From: a virus
Strand: one strand, 5' to 3'
Length of the DNA: 64,000 nt
IMG/VR virus record: IMGVR_UViG_3300045988_179859
In this document: positions 1 to 5,552 of the stretch, in pieces
How positions within the stretch are numbered: position 1 is the stretch's first letter
Layout: each line of letters starts with the position of its first letter
Made by a program: the position numbers and the translations under genes
The notes under the pieces: model-generated
Told to the model about the DNA's origin: nothing
Database searches by the model: none
What the model saw: only the letters and a program-made list of their open reading frames with translations

Positions 1-60
1 TATGATATTATATATTAAGCCTTTCTTTTGCAGAGAAGTGAAGTTAGTTACTATTTTAGT

Positions 61-86
61 CGAGTTTTGGCGAACTCGGCTTTTTA
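61..86 (+). terminator. rho-independent terminator
   Basis: hairpin cgagtt..aactcg followed by T-run. Confidence 0.5.
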
Positions 87-87
87 G

Positions 88-116
88 TTGATTTATTTTA
101 AAAATTGTGGTAGAAT
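88..116 (+). promoter_or_regulatory. sigma-A promoter (TTGATT-17-TGnTAGAAT)
   Basis: -35 at 88-93, 17-nt spacer, extended -10 at 109-116. Confidence 0.55.
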
Positions 117-135
117 AACTTAAATGAGTTGTTAG

Positions 136-243
136 CGGTGATGCGCTACCATTAAATGTGCGACAAAAAAGCAGTGATGCGCCACTATTGAGTGCGCGAT
201 AAAAATGCGGTAATGCTCGACCAATAAGTGGGCAACAAAACAG
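136..243. repeat. 3 tandem imperfect 36-bp direct repeats
   Basis: gcggtgatgcgctaccattaaatgtgcgacaaaaaa / gcagtgatgcgccactattgagtgcgcgataaaaat / gcggtaatgctcgaccaataagtgggcaacaaaaca. Confidence 0.7.
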
Positions 244-395
244 CAACTCGTTTACGAAATCCCACCACGAGAAATTTTCCCTCGATTTCGCAATAACCTT
301 ATGGAAGATTAGTCGACGAGGACGGAACAGGCAGCCGTCGCACCCTAGCGGTTTTAAAGAGATGTGGGAGGGTCATCCCACCGGGGCTAATCGAA

Positions 396-424
396 ACAGA
401 CGGCATCGCTCGTCTGTTTTTTAT
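396..424 (+). terminator. rho-independent terminator
   Basis: acagacg-N8-cgtctgt followed by TTTTTT. Confidence 0.65.
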
Positions 425-453
425 TTGACAAAAATCTTTAGAAATGTTAGACT
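425..453 (+). promoter_or_regulatory. sigma-A promoter (TTGACA-17-TGnTAGACT)
   Basis: perfect -35, 17-nt spacer, TGn plus TAGACT; sits directly after terminator 396-424. Confidence 0.6.
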
Positions 454-459
454 ATATTT

Positions 460-657
460 AGTCGAGGGATAGAATCGATGTGGAATATAATATAATAAAA
501 ATTTACACTATTGCGGGCTCGTGGATATAGCTTGCACCCGCCTGTGGGCTCATCTGAGTAAAACAATAACAGGACTACCCGCCTGAGGATTAGACGGTCA
601 TATCCAGCGCGAGGTGAAACTCAATGCGTGAAAACGAACTATCGGTTCGTTTTTTTT
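460..657 (+). ncRNA. candidate about 200-nt structured RNA
   Basis: runs from promoter 425-453 to terminator 632-658; GC-rich segment 500-625 with long-range complementarity (ggatat/atatcc, gcggg/cccgc). Confidence 0.3.
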
Positions 658-658
658 A
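632..658 (+). terminator. rho-independent terminator
   Basis: aacgaac-N5-gttcgtt followed by T8. Confidence 0.65.
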
Positions 659-750
659 TTTGGTAAGCGACGGACTATTATTTTCAAATTTTTGAAAATA
701 ATCGAAGAAATTAGCAAGTGTTTCTAAAAATTTGAAGATAGTCTTTGATG

Positions 751-779
751 TTGATTTTGTTTTCGAACTGTGATAGAAT
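751..779 (+). promoter_or_regulatory. sigma-A promoter (TTGATT-17-TGnTAGAAT)
   Basis: -35 at 751-756, -10 at 774-779 with TG at 771-772. Confidence 0.55.
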
Positions 780-855
780 AGATTTACTAAATAAAAATTT
801 CGAATTTTTGACGGAGCAACGTTACGACGATGTTCTATTTTTTTTATTTTTTTTG

Positions 856-884
856 TTGACGTTTTTCGAGATTTGTGGTAGACT
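856..884 (+). promoter_or_regulatory. sigma-A promoter (TTGACG-17-TGnTAGACT)
   Basis: -35 at 856-861, -10 at 879-884, TG at 876-877. Confidence 0.55.
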
Positions 885-890
885 ATAGTT

Positions 891-1007
891 AGTCGAAAAT
901 GTAAAGGTGTTCGCCCACCTATTAAGCGGCGGCGATAACGATTTTGGAGATTCCGCGCCTTACTGGAAGTTTTAATTTTGAGTCGAGTCTTGTACTCGAT
1001 CTTTTTT
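891..1007 (+). ncRNA. candidate small RNA (about 115 nt)
   Basis: promoter 856-884, hairpin ggtg-ttcgc-ccacc, terminator 980-1008. Confidence 0.3.
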
Positions 1008-1008
1008 A
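980..1008 (+). terminator. rho-independent terminator
   Basis: tcgagt-N5-actcga followed by T6. Confidence 0.6.
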
Positions 1009-1037
1009 TTGCATTATTTTCGAATTTTTGATAGAAT
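1009..1037 (+). promoter_or_regulatory. sigma-A promoter (TTGCAT-17-TGnTAGAAT)
   Basis: -35 at 1009-1014, -10 at 1032-1037. Confidence 0.55.
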
Positions 1038-1043
1038 ACAATC

Positions 1044-1196
1044 AAAAGACATCGTTAAAATGACAGCCGTGACGGTTCTGACGGCTTTGCCAAATAAAAA
1101 TTGACCGAATTGATGATAGCTGTGACAGTTCTGACAGCTTAGACAACTAAAAAGTGACTGAAACGATGTAACGATGGAGTTTTCTCTATCGTTTTT
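1044..1196 (+). ncRNA. candidate small RNA with two covarying hairpins (or two micro-ORFs)
   Basis: hairpins 1065-1086 and 1118-1139 share the loop GAC(G/A)GTTCTG; their stems differ by compensatory changes. Confidence 0.35.
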
Positions 1197-1197
1197 C
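1168..1197 (+). terminator. rho-independent terminator
   Basis: acgatgg..ctatcgt followed by T5. Confidence 0.5.
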
Positions 1198-1198
1198 T

Positions 1199-1227
1199 TT
1201 GACAGTTTTCGTCATTTTTGATAGAAT
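1199..1227 (+). promoter_or_regulatory. sigma-A promoter (TTGACA-17-TGnTAGAAT)
   Basis: -35 at 1199-1204, -10 at 1222-1227, TG at 1219-1220. Confidence 0.6.
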
Positions 1228-1233
1228 ATAGTT

Positions 1234-1698
1234 ATGGAACCGGAAATTCCGTTAGATTGTTGAGGTGCATAGGTCGCTACGGATTTGTGTGCGTAGATCT
1301 GAAAATTGGTTTGCTTGGGATCCGAATCGTAGATAAAACAAGCCGTGGTTGTTTCGATACCATATAGTCGATACAGTCAAAGCTTATCAGAATTGTTCTG
1401 TAAAAAGTTATTTCGATTAGAATTAGTGACTCTAATCTATGTTCGAGAAATAACAAAAAATCATGATCGTTGGTGACAACAAAGGTTATGTGACGGTTAC
1501 GTTAGAGTAAGGTCAGATGTGTCGAAAGCTATCAGCAAGCGCCATGTTGGTAGTTGTACATCTTTGAATTGGGTTTTCGGTGAATACCGCGGGGCGTAAG
1601 AAAACCGAATGTGATTGCGAATTCGATTAAGATATGGCTTTTTCGAATTTAAAATTGCATATTTAGGAGGAACAGACGACCTTGATCGTCTGTTTTTT
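1234..1698 (+). ncRNA. candidate about 465-nt non-coding transcript
   Basis: runs from promoter 1199-1227 to terminator 1672-1699; no + strand ORF of 60 aa or more and no ORF preceded by an SD. Confidence 0.25.
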
Positions 1699-1699
1699 A
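1672..1699 (+). terminator. rho-independent terminator (duplicate of 396-424)
   Basis: acagacg-N9-cgtctgt followed by T6. Confidence 0.65.
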
Positions 1700-1700
1700 T

Positions 1701-1729
1701 TTGACATATCTTAAGAAATATGTTAGACT
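1701..1729 (+). promoter_or_regulatory. sigma-A promoter (TTGACA-17-TGnTAGACT), duplicate of 425-453
   Basis: same terminator-promoter module as 396-453. Confidence 0.6.
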
Positions 1730-1736
1730 GAAAATC

Positions 1737-1806
1737 TAGTGAAAAATCACTAGAAAAATAAACATAATAAGACACAAAATTGATCGAGAATTTCTCGATC
1801 TTTTTT
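1737..1806 (+). ncRNA. sRNA-like unit 1 of 4 tandem paralogues
   Basis: promoter, then 5' hairpin ctagtgaaaaatcactag, then terminator. Confidence 0.35.
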
Positions 1807-1807
1807 G
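1781..1807 (+). terminator. rho-independent terminator
   Basis: gatcgag-N5-ctcgatc followed by T6. Confidence 0.65.
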
Positions 1808-1836
1808 TTGACAAGTGCTTGATTTTTTGATATACT
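1808..1836 (+). promoter_or_regulatory. sigma-A promoter (TTGACA-17-TGnTATACT)
   Basis: -35 at 1808-1813, -10 at 1831-1836. Confidence 0.6.
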
Positions 1837-1842
1837 TAATAG

Positions 1843-1924
1843 TGCTTCTGAGTAGAAGCTCTCCAATATTTTTTTTGTTTTTATACTCCTGGAAAAGACT
1901 GAAGATAGTTCTTCGGTCTTTTTT
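1843..1924 (+). ncRNA. sRNA-like unit 2
   Basis: 5' hairpin gcttctgagtagaagc, then CTCCAATA motif, then terminator. Confidence 0.35.
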
Positions 1925-1925
1925 G
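1895..1925 (+). terminator. rho-independent terminator
   Basis: gactgaaga-N4-tcttcggtc followed by T6. Confidence 0.6.
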
Positions 1926-1926
1926 T

Positions 1927-1955
1927 TTGACAAAAATTCAATTTTATGCTATACT
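1927..1955 (+). promoter_or_regulatory. sigma-A promoter (TTGACA-17-TGnTATACT)
   Basis: -35 at 1927-1932, -10 at 1950-1955. Confidence 0.6.
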
Positions 1956-1961
1956 TAATAA

Positions 1962-2031
1962 TGTCCTCATAAAGAGGATCTCCTTAAATTTATTTCCGCG
2001 AAAAGCCGGAGGAAGAGTTCTTCGGTTTTTT
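1962..2031 (+). ncRNA. sRNA-like unit 3
   Basis: 5' hairpin gtcctcataaagaggatc, then CTCCTTAAAT, then terminator. Confidence 0.35.
2001..2031 (+). terminator. rho-independent terminator
   Basis: A-tract/GC stem then T6. Confidence 0.45.
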
Positions 2032-2034
2032 GTG

Positions 2035-2063
2035 TTGACAAAATATTCTTTTTATGATAAACT
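2035..2063 (+). promoter_or_regulatory. sigma-A promoter (TTGACA-17-TGnTAAACT)
   Basis: -35 at 2035-2040, -10 at 2058-2063. Confidence 0.55.
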
Positions 2064-2069
2064 TATAAG

Positions 2070-2150
2070 TGCTCGGTTAAGAAGCACCTCCAATAAATAT
2101 TTTGTGATTATGCCATAGGGAAAAGCGTCGAGAAGTCGGCGTTTTTCTTT
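2070..2150 (+). ncRNA. sRNA-like unit 4
   Basis: 5' hairpin gtgctcggttaagaagcac, then CTCCAATAAAT, then terminator. Confidence 0.35.
2124..2150 (+). terminator. rho-independent terminator
   Basis: gcgtcga-N4-tcggcgt followed by T5. Confidence 0.45.
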
Positions 2151-2178
2151 TGCGTAATTTTTAGGTGTGTGCTATAAT
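2150..2178 (+). promoter_or_regulatory. sigma-A promoter (TTGCGT-17-TGnTATAAT)
   Basis: -10 TATAAT at 2173-2178 with TGc. Confidence 0.55.
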
Positions 2179-2313
2179 GGAAACTGTAGAGAAAACTATC
2201 GCGAATGCGTAGCTAATGGATCAGATGTCGGTCTGCCAGGTTGATGATTCGTAAAAGGCTGAATCAGGTTTTGCATATTTGTCCGTAAGCAGATATCTTA
2301 ATAAATATGCCTC

Positions 2314-2340
2314 GGAGAGCTGTAAACAGGCTCTTTTTTG
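2314..2340 (+). terminator. rho-independent terminator
   Basis: gagagc..gctctt followed by T6. Confidence 0.5.
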
Positions 2341-2358
2341 TGTAATTAAAAAAAGCAC

Positions 2359-2387
2359 TTGACAGATGTTATTGATTGTGGTACTCT
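2359..2387 (+). promoter_or_regulatory. sigma-A promoter (TTGACA-17-TGnTACTCT)
   Basis: -35 at 2359-2364, -10 at 2382-2387. Confidence 0.5.
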
Positions 2388-2393
2388 ATAGTT

Positions 2394-2479
2394 GTCCTCG
2401 TAGGGATGGTATAAGGATTAGAGTCTGGGCAATGGGCTGTAGAAACACTGAAGAGAAGTCTCTTCAGTGTTTTTTTTTG
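2394..2479 (+). ncRNA. candidate small RNA (about 85 nt)
   Basis: promoter 2359-2387 followed by strong terminator 2445-2480. Confidence 0.3.
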
Positions 2480-2480
2480 C
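2445..2480 (+). terminator. rho-independent terminator
   Basis: 11-bp stem acactgaagag/ctcttcagtgt followed by T9. Confidence 0.7.
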
Positions 2481-2482
2481 GT

Positions 2483-2510
2483 AAAAAAAAGCAACTACTC
2501 AGTAGTTGCT
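2483..2510 (-). terminator. terminator for minus-strand micro-ORF
   Basis: A8 then gcaactact-c-agtagttgc; on the minus strand the hairpin is followed by T8. Confidence 0.5.
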
Positions 2511-2532
2511 TTCTGTTGGGTGGCGTTAACGA

Positions 2533-2634
2533 TTATTCGTCATCATCGTCATCGTCACCCCAACGCTCTTCAGCCCAATCCGGAATGTCATCGCCGAATC
2601 GTTCTTCGAGCCAATCTGGATAGTTGTTTGGCAT
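2533..2634 (-). CDS. 33-aa highly acidic peptide MPNNYPDWLEERFGDDIPDWAEERWGDDDDDDE
   Basis: GGTGAGGA Shine-Dalgarno 5 nt upstream of ATG; internal repeat PDW-EER-GDD; terminator downstream on the minus strand. Confidence 0.35.
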   Translation of the reverse strand: MPNNYPDWLEERFGDDIPDWAEERWGDDDDDDE

Positions 2635-2700
2635 GATCCTCACCACTTTTCTGTTTTTGTTACTTTTATTATATGTTTCTATTTATATTTTAGCAAGAGG

Positions 2701-2728
2701 TTGTTTTATTAGAAGAGAGTGCTATAAT
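2701..2728 (+). promoter_or_regulatory. sigma-A promoter (TTGTTT-16-TGnTATAAT) upstream of CDS 2764
   Basis: extended -10 TGCTATAAT at 2720-2728. Confidence 0.5.
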
Positions 2729-2763
2729 ATAAGTGAAATTATTTAGAAATCAGGTGAATTGTT

Positions 2764-3765
2764 ATGGACATGGTTGAGTTGATTGATATGTATCGAACTA
2801 AATTAGATAGTGATCCTTACAGTTGTTTGCTTTTCGCGTTACAGTTACCGAGTATTTGTTCACGAATAGAATATCCTAAAGATTCATCGTTCGATTTTGG
2901 TTTTTATAAAGGCGATAATCGTGTCGATGATGGAAGTTTATATAAAGTTTGGTTGTATAATCATATTGATTCTTTTAAATCTTTATTTTGTCCGCGGATT
3001 GATGTTAATTCGTTTATCAACGATATTTATAAATTGAGATGCAAATTAACGCATACGGGCATTTTATGTGATGATGATTGTCAAAGTGTTGATGCAGAAA
3101 CAACTTTTTATTTTGTTGACAGCCCATATCGAGAAGATGCTAAGTTTGAAAGGGAGGGTAGTTTATTCTTTTTACCATTACCGCAATTTTGTCGAACGAT
3201 GTATAATATTGCGGAAAATGTTATTTTTAGTAATACTATTCCTAACGTAACACCTTATTCTGATCTCTTATTATCGTCTGATGATTTTCATAGAATTCAA
3301 GCCGCGATTCATGTTAAGAATATTGCTGTTTCGGATGCAAGTGATTATGATGATAAAGATTGGTTACTTAAGAATATTTATGATAGATTGTTTGTTGCAA
3401 ATAATCCTTTTGAATTTAGATTAAAATTCATTAAAACAAAGAAGACGGCTAAGGACGCTGATCTTCGAGTATTAGGGTTTAATTCTAATACGAAAGAAGC
3501 TTTCGAAAAATTTTATGCTGAAAACCCTGGTGGTATTTATGAAATTTGGGATTTTTGTAATAAATATGATTGTGTTTTTGATGAAAATGAGTATTTTATT
3601 AAAAAGAAATATGATGAAGATAAATCGGAATTTTGTAAAAATTTCAAAAGATCTACAACTGTATTATGTTTATCTAAAAAAGATTATGATCGAATGTGCG
3701 AAGTTTGGTCTTCTCTTGATTATTTCGATAGACATTATTCTATGAGTTTGGATGATATTCTATAG
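2764..3765 (+). CDS. hypothetical protein, possible HEPN-like (Rx4H motif LRCKLTH)
   Basis: 333-aa ORF directly downstream of promoter 2701-2728; contains R-x4-H. Confidence 0.55.
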   Translation: MDMVELIDMYRTKLDSDPYSCLLFALQLPSICSRIEYPKDSSFDFGFYKGDNRVDDGSLYKVWLYNHIDSFKSLFCPRIDVNSFINDIYKLRCKLTHTGILCDDDCQSVDAETTFYFVDSPYREDAKFEREGSLFFLPLPQFCRTMYNIAENVIFSNTIPNVTPYSDLLLSSDDFHRIQAAIHVKNIAVSDASDYDDKDWLLKNIYDRLFVANNPFEFRLKFIKTKKTAKDADLRVLGFNSNTKEAFEKFYAENPGGIYEIWDFCNKYDCVFDENEYFIKKKYDEDKSEFCKNFKRSTTVLCLSKKDYDRMCEVWSSLDYFDRHYSMSLDDIL

Positions 3766-3782
3766 CGATTGTTCTAACAAAC

Positions 3783-3816
3783 AAAATAAAAGACACTCGT
3801 AAGAGTGTCTTTTTTA
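3783..3816. terminator. bidirectional terminator aaagacactc-gtaa-gagtgtcttt
   Basis: A-run, then 10-bp stem, then T-run; near-identical copy at 59603-59640. Confidence 0.65.
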
Positions 3817-4947
3817 GTTAAACATTTTATCGAAAATAGCGGCGAGAACATCAACAACGATGGCATTACCTGCTTGTTTGTAGAGTTGCGTGTCACTATT
3901 GACGGCTTTGGCTTTATAGAAGTCTTCATCGGTGCATCCCATCAAGCGCCAACATTCGAGAGGTGTCAATTTGCGAATTTTAAAATCAGGCATTTCTAAA
4001 ACGTAATTGTCTTTTTGAACAGAGGTGAGTGTATTAGAGACGCCGTTTTGATTTAATTCGAAATGTTGCTTGGTGATTGTTTTTGTCGGATCGTTAGGAT
4101 CTTTTTCGTAACGTCCACGACTGGCACCGATAACGAAATCTTTGATTTGATCTTCGGCTTCGCTGATAAAGGGTTGACGCGCACCACCTGTCATAGTTGT
4201 AAGAGTCGGTGCTATGCCATCTGTACTGTAGACGCGATATGGCGATGCATTCACACGATTGGGTCTATCGAGTTGTCCGATTTGTTTAATATCGGTCGAT
4301 GGTTTTAATTTAAAGGTTAATTTAGCGACTTGTTCTTGCGACAAGTAGTGACGGTCTTCAACGTCTTGTAAGAGTACGTCTTTTAGTGTTTTATCGAGAG
4401 GTTTCGCTTCAGGAAACTCGTAAGGTTTATGTTTACCGAAAATAGAAACAACGAAGACGCGTTCACGGTTTTGAGGTACGCCGTAGTCCTTACTGTTAAG
4501 AACTTTCCAGTAGTTTGTGTATCCTTTTGATTCTAGCCATTCTAGCCACAAATCGAAGTTGTGTTTATGTGTTTTTCCGACTAGATTCTTAACATTTTTC
4601 ATTAGGAGATATTTTGGACGTTTGATGTCGATAACTTTTTGACATTCCCACAAGAGACTACTGCGCGTACCACTATTCGGATCCAAACCGTGTTGTAATC
4701 CGGCAACTGAAATAGATTGACATGGGAAACTGTATGTGAAGAGATCGTGGTCAGGAATCGTTTTTGTATCAATTTGAGAGATGTCGCCTAAGTTGTTCAC
4801 CGAGCCGTGAATAGCTTCGTAAGAACGAATCGCATAAGAATCAATCTCTGAGATTGCGACAACGTCATGATCAATATTTGCACGGGAAAGCCCCATTGTT
4901 TGAGTACCAATTCCGCTGAATGCTTCAAAAACTCGTAATTTTGCCAT
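3814..4947 (-). CDS. DNA cytosine-5 methyltransferase
   Basis: FSGIG (motif I), FPCQ (motif IV catalytic Cys), ENV. Confidence 0.9.
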   Translation of the reverse strand: MAKLRVFEAFSGIGTQTMGLSRANIDHDVVAISEIDSYAIRSYEAIHGSVNNLGDISQIDTKTIPDHDLFTYSFPCQSISVAGLQHGLDPNSGTRSSLLWECQKVIDIKRPKYLLMKNVKNLVGKTHKHNFDLWLEWLESKGYTNYWKVLNSKDYGVPQNRERVFVVSIFGKHKPYEFPEAKPLDKTLKDVLLQDVEDRHYLSQEQVAKLTFKLKPSTDIKQIGQLDRPNRVNASPYRVYSTDGIAPTLTTMTGGARQPFISEAEDQIKDFVIGASRGRYEKDPNDPTKTITKQHFELNQNGVSNTLTSVQKDNYVLEMPDFKIRKLTPLECWRLMGCTDEDFYKAKAVNSDTQLYKQAGNAIVVDVLAAIFDKMFN

Positions 4948-5044
4948 TTATTAAAAATCCTTATAATTGTTGTTAATTCAGGATTAATTATAGCATATTT
5001 TAACGAATTTCGCAAAAGAAAAACCGTAGCAATGCTACGGTTAG

Positions 5045-5527
5045 TTATTCGTTTACTTCTAGTAAATCAATTAGTATTTGTTGACATTCTTCTTGGAAAG
5101 ATCCGTTGCCTGAACATGCACCGCTGATGTGTACAGTGTCTAGAGCTGTTGCGCAAAGTTTTTTCAATCCGAGAGTGTATTCGTACAAGTGTTCATCTAT
5201 GTAGAAAACGTCAGCGCCTTTGTCTTCTGAGTAGAATACAATGAGACCATTATCAATACTGTGATAGTAATCGGCAATTTCTTCTTGGCGATATGCGACT
5301 CGTAAACCTTTTTTATCGTCATTCATGTCGAGGATTTCAGCGTTTACTCGGAAGTTGTCTAGATATTTGGAACCTTTATCGAAATCAGCTACAATGAATG
5401 AATCCATATTGTTTTTCAGCATGTAGTTATAGAGTTTTTTCAAGTTAGGTTCTAGTTTCTTTCCAAATTTTTCGATTTTAATCATATTTTCTTCTAGATT
5501 TTTACGTTGGAAATCTGTGTATAGCAT
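5045..5527 (-). CDS. hypothetical protein (160 aa) upstream of the MTase
   Basis: ORF with coding-like composition; no recognisable motif. Confidence 0.55.
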   Translation of the reverse strand: MLYTDFQRKNLEENMIKIEKFGKKLEPNLKKLYNYMLKNNMDSFIVADFDKGSKYLDNFRVNAEILDMNDDKKGLRVAYRQEEIADYYHSIDNGLIVFYSEDKGADVFYIDEHLYEYTLGLKKLCATALDTVHISGACSGNGSFQEECQQILIDLLEVNE

Positions 5528-5552
5528 AGTGTTCCTTCTTTTTTTATTTTTT

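Larger units (their letters stand above)
123..424 (+). ncRNA. candidate about 300-nt non-coding RNA (three 36-nt repeats plus a GC-rich structured 3' domain)
   Basis: runs from promoter 88-116 to terminator 396-424; no ORF; local hairpins gacgg/ccgtc and gtggga/tcccac. Confidence 0.3.

Noticed and set aside
136-243. CRISPR-like array (36-bp repeats)
   Set aside because: The repeats are directly tandem with no spacers, and no cas genes are present. It is not a CRISPR.
500-620. tRNA or tmRNA gene
   Set aside because: I could not fold a cloverleaf with acceptor, D and T arms, and there is no T-loop GTTCRA or CCA signature. It is kept only as a generic structured RNA.
656-1941. Minus-strand ORFs of 63-129 aa in the leader region (656-1045, 1497-1814, 1736-1933, 1750-1941)
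   Set aside because: They run straight through multiple consensus promoters and terminators on the opposite strand. They are Lys/Arg/Phe-rich AT-translation artefacts with no SD.
2366-2623. 85-aa + strand ORF with a poly-Ser, low-complexity C terminus
   Set aside because: It overlaps two terminators and is antisense to a well-formed SD-led acidic micro-ORF. The Ser-rich low complexity is typical of translating the reverse strand of an Asp/Glu-rich gene.
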